Below, one piece after another: positions 27,231 to 35,012 of a stretch of 54,283 nt of DNA. Under the pieces are notes generated by a model. It did no database searches. It was not told the origin of the DNA and saw only the letters and a program-made list of their open reading frames with translations. Source of the DNA: Candidatus Woesearchaeota archaeon (GTDB lineage Archaea; Nanobdellota; Nanobdellia; Woesearchaeales; JAGWAF01). The stretch lies in the NCBI GenBank assembly GCA_016211165.1, contig JACQSU010000016.1:1-54283 (forward strand), written 5' to 3'. Position 1 is the stretch's first letter; each line of letters starts with the position of its first letter. The translations under genes and the position numbers were made by a program.

Positions 27231-27625
27231 AGCAGTGGATTTTTTTCTTTTTGATTGTAACACCGCTTGTTGAAGCTGCAAGCTTTGCTGTGTCACCGGA
27301 TGTAATCACTCTTAACGACGGTATGGGAGTTGTCACATTACTTAACCCTGGCAAAGAAGTACTCCACTATGAGATTGTAGGAGTACGCGATTTTGAGCGA
27401 GGATACTTGTTTGCGAACGATCGCGAAGAAGTCATTGTCAAACCCCTCGGAGATACCTTGATTATACGATTTGATGATGGCACAGGATTTGGCGTGACTG
27501 AAATTGAAGTGGGAGTGATTTGGGAGCAGAAATGGATACCACAAATGTTGACGCTTCTGGGGCTTACGCTTCTTGCAGTGATATTAGCAGCCAAAGTTAT
27601 AAGGTCAACTGCGCGAAGTGCATAG
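27227..27625 (+). CDS. Small secreted protein with C-terminal TM anchor
   Basis: ATGA overlap with the upstream gene. Signal peptide, beta-rich domain, and C-terminal helix MLTLLGLTLLAVILAA. Confidence 0.6.
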   Translation: MKQWIFFFLIVTPLVEAASFAVSPDVITLNDGMGVVTLLNPGKEVLHYEIVGVRDFERGYLFANDREEVIVKPLGDTLIIRFDDGTGFGVTEIEVGVIWEQKWIPQMLTLLGLTLLAVILAAKVIRSTARSA

Positions 27626-27630
27626 TCCTT

Positions 27631-28005
27631 ATGCATGAAAGCTTTGTGGATGACTACGAATACGAAGACGGTATTGAACTCCCACACTCCCTCTGCTACA
27701 TCTGCCCAATATGTAAGAACGTCTTCTTTATAGAAGAACAAGCCAAAGACGCGAAGCGCCGCACGCAAGACATCAAAAAGAAAGACTCCAAAGCCAGAAT
27801 CGTGCCAATGCAGGATAAGGGATTCCTAGTTCAGGTGTTACGCATGATGCCTATTTCTGAACTTTGTCGCGCAGCTTTTTTTAATCCAGCAGGTCTTGCA
27901 CTGATCGATGAGCTCGTGCTTTTGACCAAAACAAGGATCATCCACAAGCTTATACAATTTCAACAGGGGCATAGAACGTGGAGTAATGCCAGCATTTGTA
28001 TATAA
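27631..28005 (+). CDS. Possible Zn-ribbon/basic small protein (uncertain; conflicts with 27838-28227)
   Basis: ATG lies 6 nt after the upstream stop. CYICPIC plus a K-rich segment with good codon usage. A longer form from 27520/27532 would add CAKC but overlaps the upstream gene by ~100 nt. Confidence 0.35.
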   Translation: MHESFVDDYEYEDGIELPHSLCYICPICKNVFFIEEQAKDAKRRTQDIKKKDSKARIVPMQDKGFLVQVLRMMPISELCRAAFFNPAGLALIDELVLLTKTRIIHKLIQFQQGHRTWSNASICI

Positions 28006-28227
28006 ATCTAGCGACGGAATCCGCGATGGCATGAACTTTGAAACACTCACCCTGGTGACTCTTGCCTTGTCCCGCATCGCCTTTGCCTGCGCACGCTCCT
28101 GCATCTTGAGTCGCAAAACCACACTTGCCCTACTTTGGCCTTGCACCTTCCACACAGGAGCGCGCGATGCCCTGACCGTAAGCACGCGACGCGCTTGTGA
28201 GACGACGATCTTGCGCAGCTTAGCCAT
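27838..28227 (-). CDS. Possible very basic 129-aa protein downstream of the cyclase (uncertain)
   Basis: ATG lies 1 nt after the cyclase stop codon. G-rich third codon positions are atypical for this genome. It overlaps the convergent + ORF by 168 nt. Confidence 0.3.
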   Translation of the reverse strand: MAKLRKIVVSQARRVLTVRASRAPVWKVQGQSRASVVLRLKMQERAQAKAMRDKARVTRVSVSKFMPSRIPSLDLYTNAGITPRSMPLLKLYKLVDDPCFGQKHELIDQCKTCWIKKSCATKFRNRHHA

Positions 28228-28228
28228 A

Positions 28229-29245
28229 CTATACCCCATACACGGTCTGCGGACCGGCAATACCCTTAAGCAATGTCTCACGACCCTGCGGGTGAAGACC
28301 ATGCATTGCGAGCAGTTCATCAACGGCTGGATTGCTGCGCACTTTTGATGAGAGCACGATCTCACGCTTGCTCGCTGTGCTCTGCACACGCGCAGCAGTG
28401 TTCACCGTGGTGCCAAAATAGTCAAGAATACGATTGAGCGTGACCACAATACTGGGCCCCTCATGGATACCTATCTTCAAGTGCGAATCACCCGAGACAT
28501 CTGCTCGCGCATTAAACGCGTCAAACTCTTCCCGGACTTTGAGCGCGCACGCCACAGCATCTTGCGGCCTTGGGAAGACCGCCATCACAGCATCGCCAAT
28601 GGTCTTCACGATCGTACCGTTATGGCGTTTGATCAAATCAAAGAGAAGATCAAAATGATCACGCACGAGACGGAAGGCATCAAGGTCACCTCGCCTGGTA
28701 AAGGTTGCTGTTGACTCGTAGATGTCAGTAAACATCAAGGTGACGCTCCCAATAGCCAAACCCTTGCCTGGCAAGAGCACATTGCCGCCAAAGAGCTGAC
28801 GGAATTCCGTAGTGTTAATGACATCGCTTGCTGGGACTGACTTCGTAAGATCGCGGATGAGGCGTTTGCCGCCAACACTTGGATGGAGCGTGAAATAGAC
28901 CACGAGATTTGAATCAAGCACATTGTAATAGGTCTTTTGACAATCCATGCAGGTCCCTTTGGTGCCGATGTCTCGAAGGTGCTCGGACGCTTGATGCGGC
29001 GCCTTGCAGGACGGACACACGGACTCAAATCGAAACTCGACAGCACCCACGGAAGCTGCATTTAGCAGGAGACCGATGGCGTCTTGTCTTCCGAGGCTAA
29101 GATGAGCCGCGAGGCCATCAACGTCGATGAGTGTTGGACTCCATAGAAGATATGATCGTAACGTAAGGGCAAGCTCGGGATGGACCTTGGTCGCCAAAGC
29201 ATCAAATTGCGGCACATGCCCTGTGAGTTGCGTCCAAAGCCCCAT
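28229..29245 (-). CDS. Class III adenylate/guanylate cyclase with N-terminal Cys-cluster domain
   Basis: Cyclase motifs VTLMFTDIYEST, VKTIGDAVMAVF, IGIHEGP, DYFGTTVNTAARV. N-terminal domain has CPSC..CMDC. Start set at M39, because the longer N-terminus is a translation of two tandem family-A repeats. Confidence 0.85.
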   Translation of the reverse strand: MGLWTQLTGHVPQFDALATKVHPELALTLRSYLLWSPTLIDVDGLAAHLSLGRQDAIGLLLNAASVGAVEFRFESVCPSCKAPHQASEHLRDIGTKGTCMDCQKTYYNVLDSNLVVYFTLHPSVGGKRLIRDLTKSVPASDVINTTEFRQLFGGNVLLPGKGLAIGSVTLMFTDIYESTATFTRRGDLDAFRLVRDHFDLLFDLIKRHNGTIVKTIGDAVMAVFPRPQDAVACALKVREEFDAFNARADVSGDSHLKIGIHEGPSIVVTLNRILDYFGTTVNTAARVQSTASKREIVLSSKVRSNPAVDELLAMHGLHPQGRETLLKGIAGPQTVYGV

Positions 29246-29284
29246 ACACCTGGTAGCCGACGAGCATTTATAAAGGTACTCCGG

Positions 29285-29344
29285 AAAAAGGGGAGACCCC
29301 CTTTTGAACCCCCCTAAAAAGGGGAGACCCCCTTTTGAACCCCC
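29285..29344 (+). repeat. Two tandem family-A repeats
   Basis: aaaaaggggagacccccttttgaaccccc occurs twice head-to-tail, in the divergent region between the cyclase and the ATP-cone gene. Confidence 0.85.
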
Positions 29345-29366
29345 TAAAAATATAGTCATACATATC

Positions 29367-29419
29367 GGAAAAATCGTTTATGTTCCGAGGCGCAGCCGAG
29401 GAACAATAAACGATTTTCC
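29367..29419. repeat. Family-B hairpin repeat
   Basis: ggaaaaatcgtttatgttcc-gaggcgcagccga-ggaacaataaacgattttcc, ending 38 nt upstream of ATG 29457. Confidence 0.8.
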
Positions 29420-29456
29420 TCGGAACACTTATTAACGAGGTTATGAGGAAAGCTAT

Positions 29457-30290
29457 ATGCCAACATATGTCGTCAAAGCCAATGGCGAGCGGGAAGCATA
29501 CGATCCTGCGAAGCTCACACGCACACTGATGAGAGCCGGGGCAAGCGAAGAACATGCCAAAACCATTGTTACTAACGTTAGGGTGTATGATGGGATGCCC
29601 ACAAAGGATCTTCTGCGCAAAGTCCTTACAATGCTGCGCAGCACGCCAGCGATCGCTTCGCGGTATGATCTGAAAGGCGCTCTGATGCGCCTTGGCCCCA
29701 CTGGATTCACCTTCGAGAAGATGGTCGCACGGTTGCTTGAAGAATATGGCTATATTACAAAAACAAATCTGATGCTCCGCGGCACATGCGTAACGCACGA
29801 GACCGATGTCATCGCTTCAAAGAACGGCAAGACCGCGTTTGTCGAATGCAAATACCACAACGAGTCCGGCATTTACACTGGACTGCACGTCTCGATGTAC
29901 ACGTGGGCACGATTTGTGGATTTGTCTGAAGGAGCGAAGGCAGGACTCTGCGAGCCGATTGATGCCGGATGGCTTGTGACTAACACGAAGTTTTCCTCTG
30001 ACGCAGCTACGTTTGGCACATGCAGGGGATTACGGTTGATTGGATGGAACTTTCCAAAAGACCACGGCATCGCACATATGATCGAATCACGAAACCTTTG
30101 GCCAGTCACTGTGTTCCGACTCGATACGTACACGCTGGAACAATTGGCTGCTGCGAGACTGTTGCTTGTGAAGGATATTTGTGGCATGAACCCGGAGAAA
30201 TTGTCCAAGAAAATCAAGATCCCACGCCCCAAAGCAGATGAGTTGGTGCGACAGGCTAGGGAATTGTGTGGGCAGGCTTTCCACAATTGA
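29457..30290 (+). CDS. ATP-cone domain protein fused to a PD-(D/E)xK (Mrr-like) nuclease-fold domain
   Basis: N-terminal ATP-cone (VVKANGEREAYDPAKLTRTLMRAG). Central FEKMVARLLEEYGY..ETDVIASKNGKTAFVECKY fits the restriction-endonuclease-like D..E-x-K core. Confidence 0.75.
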   Translation: MPTYVVKANGEREAYDPAKLTRTLMRAGASEEHAKTIVTNVRVYDGMPTKDLLRKVLTMLRSTPAIASRYDLKGALMRLGPTGFTFEKMVARLLEEYGYITKTNLMLRGTCVTHETDVIASKNGKTAFVECKYHNESGIYTGLHVSMYTWARFVDLSEGAKAGLCEPIDAGWLVTNTKFSSDAATFGTCRGLRLIGWNFPKDHGIAHMIESRNLWPVTVFRLDTYTLEQLAAARLLLVKDICGMNPEKLSKKIKIPRPKADELVRQARELCGQAFHN

Positions 30291-30318
30291 TATATAGGAT
30301 GTGTTGTTCTCATATTGC

Positions 30319-31131
30319 ATGAGATACACACTATGTGCCATTGCCGTGCTTCTTATCATCGCATCCTGCACAAAAGCACCGTCGTGCCCAGCGCCCAATG
30401 TAACGTTATCCGGAGAGTGCTGTCTTGATGCGAACGCGGATGGCTTTTGCGACAAGTACCAAGAACCTGCACGTGATGATACATCTGGCATTACCCCTGT
30501 TACTGTGTCTCCTATGCCAACGCCTGCTTCACCTACGATCGAGAAACCTGTGCCACAGGTCTCGGATGCACACAAGAAATGGGCTGAACGCCTCGGGCAA
30601 AAAGTAAAGAGCTACCAGTTTGTCACCCGCATCGCAGACCAATATCACGGCACAGTCTATGTCCTTGGCCCGCGCGTACGTGTTGATTTAGACAATGCCA
30701 TCACCGTCAATACAGAAGAAGGAACGGAAAACAAGATCAACCGAATCTATGCCAATACCGACGAAGGAACAGCGCTAGGTGTATGCGGCGCGGGATTCAT
30801 CCTCTGCAAATCACGCAAAGGAGAAGCGTACACGATTCCATATAAGAGGTATGCGCCGCAGCTACCTACAGACATTTTTGATAAGGTCAAGAACTTGCCT
30901 CTTGAACTTGAGCAGCCAAATGCTGAAATCATCCAGGACCGACAGACGACATTACTACGCTATGTTGATAACAATGTAAAACACAATGTCTTTGTTGACC
31001 AGCACTATGGCATGCCACTTGTATACCGAAAAGAGTCTGCAGAAGGCGGACCTGCAACATTAACAGAATGGAAATCAATGGCATTCAATACAGTTGTTGA
31101 GAAAGACTTCGATATGCCAATACTTGCGTGA
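30319..31131 (+). CDS. Hypothetical lipoprotein
   Basis: ATG 30319 gives MRYTLCAIAVLLIIASC (lipobox IASC), then a Cys-rich stretch, a P/T linker and a globular domain. The 30301 start is a GTG. Confidence 0.7.
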   Translation: MRYTLCAIAVLLIIASCTKAPSCPAPNVTLSGECCLDANADGFCDKYQEPARDDTSGITPVTVSPMPTPASPTIEKPVPQVSDAHKKWAERLGQKVKSYQFVTRIADQYHGTVYVLGPRVRVDLDNAITVNTEEGTENKINRIYANTDEGTALGVCGAGFILCKSRKGEAYTIPYKRYAPQLPTDIFDKVKNLPLELEQPNAEIIQDRQTTLLRYVDNNVKHNVFVDQHYGMPLVYRKESAEGGPATLTEWKSMAFNTVVEKDFDMPILA

Positions 31132-31160
31132 AACAGGGGGGGAGAACCCCTCTTTTCAAA
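31131..31160 (+). repeat. Degenerate family-A repeat at gene 3' end
   Basis: aaacagggggggagaacccctcttttcaaa directly follows the stop of 30319-31131. Confidence 0.5.
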
Positions 31161-31171
31161 AGAAAAAAAGT

Positions 31172-31381
31172 TCACTTGTAGCTAGTGCTTCGCTTGATCT
31201 CGATAGGCAGCACGCCTGCATCAAGCTCGCGCTTTGCAATCTCGATTGGGTTATACCTGATTTTCTCAAGATCCTCTTTGGAGAACTTCAGAAGCATCGG
31301 CGCACCCATAGCGAGCTGCAGCGCACGCGACCCGAGGATTCGCGCCTTCTCATACTTGCTGTACTTTTGCATGGCTTTCAT
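31172..31381 (-). CDS. rpoK: DNA-directed RNA polymerase subunit K (Rpo6)
   Basis: SKYEKARILGSRALQLAMGAP..NPIEIAKRELDAGVLPIEIKR matches the Rpo6/omega core. ATGA overlap with rrp42. Confidence 0.85.
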   Translation of the reverse strand: MKAMQKYSKYEKARILGSRALQLAMGAPMLLKFSKEDLEKIRYNPIEIAKRELDAGVLPIEIKRSTSYK

Positions 31382-32151
31382 CCAAGAGCCTTTCGCAGCT
31401 CTTTTGCTTTCTCTATTGCAAGACCAACCATCGAATCGACTTCTTCAACAGACAATGGACAATCACCACCCTTTTGCAAGGAAGCGACGCTGCCATCGGC
31501 GATTGTCGTGACCGTGAGACGCGCATCAGCAGCGTTCTCTTCTTGCGGCAAGGGATCGACAAGAAGATAGTCGCCTATCTTCCAGACTGTCACTGCGATT
31601 GGCTGGCACTCGAGCGGCAATTTCTTGTCCGTCTTCTCGCCATAATCGATCGCGTTTTTCTCAAGGTCGTATGCTGGGTACCGCGCGTCCTTGAGCGCCG
31701 CAAGAGCCCCAAGCGCGGCGGCATCGATGAGATTGCCCGCCGCATTAAGCGTACAGACATCAATGGCGACACTCCAGACCTTCTCGCCCTCCTTGATGCA
31801 CAGCTTATGCACATCGATTGCGTGACTCTCCCGAATGCCACGATCCACGATACGAGCAAGTTCGATACCGGTCTCGGTAGGGGGCCCTGGCTCAAAGTCT
31901 GGCGATGACATCGGTGTGAGCTCTGCATTGACCATCAGGTTACCGCAATCCGCAGTATCCAGGAATGGTTTTTCAACTGCGAGTTTGACACCGACAATGA
32001 TCTTGGTGTCGCCGACATTCACGATCGCGGATCCTTCCGCTGAATTCGAGACGCCATATTCCACGTTGATCAAACGATACTGATCTAGCTTTCGTCCATC
32101 AAAGCGGATGCCCTTTTGCAGATACTTGAGCATATGATTTTTTTGTTCCAT
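31378..32151 (-). CDS. rrp42: Exosome complex component Rrp42 (RNase PH-like, non-catalytic)
   Basis: RNase PH fold (IRFDGRKLDQYR..GSAIVNVGDTKIIVGVK). ATG 32151 lies 1 nt after the rrp41 stop. The longer 32268 form overlaps rrp41. Confidence 0.9.
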   Translation of the reverse strand: MEQKNHMLKYLQKGIRFDGRKLDQYRLINVEYGVSNSAEGSAIVNVGDTKIIVGVKLAVEKPFLDTADCGNLMVNAELTPMSSPDFEPGPPTETGIELARIVDRGIRESHAIDVHKLCIKEGEKVWSVAIDVCTLNAAGNLIDAAALGALAALKDARYPAYDLEKNAIDYGEKTDKKLPLECQPIAVTVWKIGDYLLVDPLPQEENAADARLTVTTIADGSVASLQKGGDCPLSVEEVDSMVGLAIEKAKELRKALG

Positions 32152-32152
32152 T

Positions 32153-32866
32153 TCAATCCACCTTATACTTGCCCTTGAGCGCCTGCTTTTGAACCTCATA
32201 GATCTTCTGACAGGTCTTCTTGCCAAGCTCAAGGGCTTTTTTGAGTTCTTCGCGCTCGGAAATGCCATCCATCTGGAGCAATGTCACTTTGCCTGAATTG
32301 GGAAGCATCGCAACGGGAATGTCCGCCACTTGACCATCATAAGCCTCTTCAGCGTAGTTGAGATCCACAATGATATTGCCATTGATGTTCCCGACAGCAA
32401 CCGCGGCAACGAGATCCTTCATCGGAAGCCCTGCGTCGGCAAGCGCCATCGAGGCGGCGCAGATCCCTGCGCAACGCGACCCAGCATCGGTTTGCGGGAA
32501 CTCGATGAAGACATCAACACCTGCATTGGGGAAATCGTCAAGATTGAGCACTGGCAACAATGCATTTTGCGTGACCATCGAGATTTCCTTTGATCGCCTC
32601 GATCCCCCAGGCCTGATGCGCTCACCATGGCCGGAAAATGGCATCATATTATAGAAACATCGCAGGATTCCCTTCCTTGGATTCTGCAAGAACTTGGGGA
32701 AGAGATTACGCGGTCCGTAAACTGCCGCGATTGCCTGTGTGTCGCCGATCTGGAACATCGCAGATCCTTGGGCGTTCTTGATAACGCCGACTTTCGCCGT
32801 AATGGGACGCGTCTCGTCAAAGGCGCGACCATCAGGTCTCTTAAATATTGCATTTGATTTTGTCAT
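32153..32866 (-). CDS. rrp41: Exosome complex exonuclease Rrp41 (RNase PH)
   Basis: RPDGRAFDETRPI..GSAMFQIGDTQAIAAVYGPR..GGSRRSKEI..TDAGSRCAGI. Confidence 0.93.
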   Translation of the reverse strand: MTKSNAIFKRPDGRAFDETRPITAKVGVIKNAQGSAMFQIGDTQAIAAVYGPRNLFPKFLQNPRKGILRCFYNMMPFSGHGERIRPGGSRRSKEISMVTQNALLPVLNLDDFPNAGVDVFIEFPQTDAGSRCAGICAASMALADAGLPMKDLVAAVAVGNINGNIIVDLNYAEEAYDGQVADIPVAMLPNSGKVTLLQMDGISEREELKKALELGKKTCQKIYEVQKQALKGKYKVD

Positions 32867-32877
32867 TTGAACTCACA

Positions 32878-33606
32878 TTATTGCATCGGCTCTTGCGGCC
32901 TGGATCTGTTTACGTGCTTCGCGTTTTGCTCAAGCCATCGTTGCATCTTCTCCGTGAGACCCGAGATGTGGCTCTCGGCGCAGATGCGCTCGATCGCCTG
33001 CACAGTAATGACTTCGTTTTCTGGCTCACCAGATAGCCACACAACGCCATTCTGACCGACGAGGATATTGCACCCTGTGTGATCCTTAATCATCGAGACC
33101 ATCGAGCCATTCTTGCCTATCACGCGCGGAACCCTGTGTGGATCAACGACAAGCGTGCGACCGGGACCAAGTTTTCGCAAGCCCGGACCCTTCATCGAGA
33201 CGTCAACGAGATTCTGACTCGTGACATTGGTCACTTTCGTCATAATCACGTCACCAATGTCGAAGTACTTAGTGAGATCAGCCTTCTTTGGGATGAATTC
33301 GCTGGTCGCTTCGGCAAGCGTGAGCACAGCAGAATATGGCGAGAATGTATCAACACGCCACCCACTCATTAAAACGTCAATCACCAAACCGATGATCACG
33401 TCACCCATTCTTGGAAGATACGCTCCCGAGAGCGGCACGAGCTTGATCACCTTTCCATCCATCTGAACCAAGCCGAGGCGCGACGCTCGGATCGAATCCC
33501 CGTCCCGATACGTCCCCCATGACGGGAGAAATCCCATCCCTACCGCGAGACTCTCGCCAGGGACCACAATGTCTTTTTCTTTCACATTCAATGCATCTGT
33601 TGTCAT
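32878..33606 (-). CDS. rrp4: Exosome RNA-binding subunit Rrp4 (S1 + KH)
   Basis: N-terminal domain VVPGESLA, S1 domain (GDVIIGLVIDVLMSGWRVDT), KH motif (RVIGKNGSMVSMI). ATG 33606 is preceded by AGGTG; 33615 is a GTG. Confidence 0.9.
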   Translation of the reverse strand: MTTDALNVKEKDIVVPGESLAVGMGFLPSWGTYRDGDSIRASRLGLVQMDGKVIKLVPLSGAYLPRMGDVIIGLVIDVLMSGWRVDTFSPYSAVLTLAEATSEFIPKKADLTKYFDIGDVIMTKVTNVTSQNLVDVSMKGPGLRKLGPGRTLVVDPHRVPRVIGKNGSMVSMIKDHTGCNILVGQNGVVWLSGEPENEVITVQAIERICAESHISGLTEKMQRWLEQNAKHVNRSRPQEPMQ

Positions 33607-33633
33607 ATGTGACACCTGTTTTGATTGTTATCC

Positions 33634-34365
33634 TCACTTCTTTTTCGCTTCGCGAAGCACCTTTTCAATGCGACTCCGATCCATCTTCCTGAACGCCTTC
33701 TCCTTGATCTCGATGTACGCGGCGTCGATGCGCTCGACATTGAACTTCTTATCAAGAATCCTGACAAGCGCGTTCACGCAGATGCGAAGCCCTTCCTCGA
33801 GGGTGACATCATCGGTATATTCCTGATCAAGGATCTCGGAGATTTCTGCCTCGCCCTCACCGATCACAGTCGCTTTGTATTGAAAGAATATCCCTGTAGG
33901 ATCAGTCTCAAAGAGCTTGGCTCCAGTGTTGTCGATGCCTGCGATGATCGTCGACACGCCAAAGGGACGCAGACCAGCGCTCTGTGTGCAGATCTGCTTT
34001 AATGACGCGATGTCAGTCACAATTGAGAGCACATCGATCGGAGTGTCATACGTCACACGATGCTGGGCCGCCTTGAGCTGCGCGCGCTCGATTAAGACCC
34101 TTGCATCAGAGATGATGCCTGACGCTGTCGCGCCGATGTGATCATCGATTTTCCAGGTCTTCTCAATCGACTCTGGAACCACGAGCTTATCGACAATGCG
34201 CTTGTCTGTGACAAAGAGGACGCCATCCTTGCAGACCATCCCGATGGCTGTGCTGCCTTGACGGACTGTCTTCTTTGCATACTCAACCTGTAGCAGTCTG
34301 CCATCAGGCGAGAACATCGTGATCGCTCGATCATACCCCATCAATTGGTGGGGCATTGGCTGCAT
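33634..34365 (-). CDS. psmA: Proteasome subunit alpha
   Basis: GYDRAITMFSPDGRLLQVEYA signature. ATG 34365 is preceded by GGAGG at 8 nt; longer starts overlap the Pop5 gene. Confidence 0.93.
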   Translation of the reverse strand: MQPMPHQLMGYDRAITMFSPDGRLLQVEYAKKTVRQGSTAIGMVCKDGVLFVTDKRIVDKLVVPESIEKTWKIDDHIGATASGIISDARVLIERAQLKAAQHRVTYDTPIDVLSIVTDIASLKQICTQSAGLRPFGVSTIIAGIDNTGAKLFETDPTGIFFQYKATVIGEGEAEISEILDQEYTDDVTLEEGLRICVNALVRILDKKFNVERIDAAYIEIKEKAFRKMDRSRIEKVLREAKKK

Positions 34366-34369
34366 ATTA

Positions 34370-34750
34370 TCATCCTCCATTTGATATTCCTCCAACAAGA
34401 AGGGCTCTGCCCCTCTTGTTTTGAGCTTTAGCAATCATGCCGGACGTGCCGGTCGTGCGAATGACGACCTCACCGCCATCGATGCGGCGTGTGAGGGTAA
34501 GCGCTGCGATCGCGTCATTGACGCGTTTGCGATTGACACGAAGGATGCCTTGTTGATGGTCTTGATCCCAACGCTCCGGAACCACGATGGCACCTGCTTG
34601 CGAGGCCCCGAGCTCGCCTTTGTACTGGATCATTGAGAGCACAATCTGCTTTTGAACCTTTGATAACGAAGGGATTCTGGACTTGCTTATAATTTCAAAA
34701 CCCACGTACCTCTTCTTCTCACGTGCGCTTGGCTTTTGCTTTATTGCCAT
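34370..34750 (-). CDS. rnp2: RNase P protein component 2 (Pop5/Rpp14)
   Basis: KRYVGFEI..GILRVNRKRVNDAIAALTL pattern, positioned directly upstream of psmA-rrp4-rrp41-rrp42 as in the conserved archaeal exosome superoperon. ATG 34750; 34756 is a TTG. Confidence 0.8.
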   Translation of the reverse strand: MAIKQKPSAREKKRYVGFEIISKSRIPSLSKVQKQIVLSMIQYKGELGASQAGAIVVPERWDQDHQQGILRVNRKRVNDAIAALTLTRRIDGGEVVIRTTGTSGMIAKAQNKRGRALLVGGISNGG

Positions 34751-34920
34751 TCTCAAACTCGCCTTTCTCTCTTGTCCTCGGGGATAGCTGGGACGGGTTT
34801 ATAAATGTTAGCAAATGCGGTGGGGTGTTGCATAATCAGGAGGAATAATCGAGTGCTGTCCACCGTGCTCCTCGTCAAGCCCTCGCTGCTACGCGCAAGG
34901 TCCGCAGTACTCTTGGCACA

Positions 34921-34975
34921 AAAAAAAATCGTTTATGTCCCGAGCCGAAGGCGAGGGACAATAAACGATTTTTCC
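34921..34975. repeat. Family-B hairpin repeat
   Basis: aaaaatcgtttatgtccc-gagccgaaggcga-gggacaataaacgattttt, ending ~38 nt upstream of ATG 35013. Confidence 0.8.
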
Positions 34976-35012
34976 CGGAAGGATTAAATAACTCCCGACG
35001 GCGAAAGACGAC

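Noticed and set aside
29285-29344. Possible CRISPR-like tandem repeat
   Set aside because: There are only two directly abutting units with no spacers, and the unit belongs to the dispersed family-A repeat. No cas genes are in the window.
29246-29359. N-terminal extension of the cyclase ORF (MTIFLGGSKGGLPFLGGFKRGSPLF..)
   Set aside because: The extension is a read-through of two tandem family-A repeats that are non-coding elsewhere. The start was moved to M39 (29245). This remains an inference.
32152-32268. N-terminal extension of rrp42 overlapping rrp41, with similar extensions of psmA (34366-34434), Pop5 (TTG 34756), rrp4 (GTG 33615), pyrC (TTG 51043), thrC (TTG 8912) and the LTD protein (TTG 25947)
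   Set aside because: Internal ATGs with better spacing to the upstream stop codons, ribosome-binding sites or signal peptides fit the homologous N-termini. The longer forms rely on non-ATG codons or overlap neighbouring genes.
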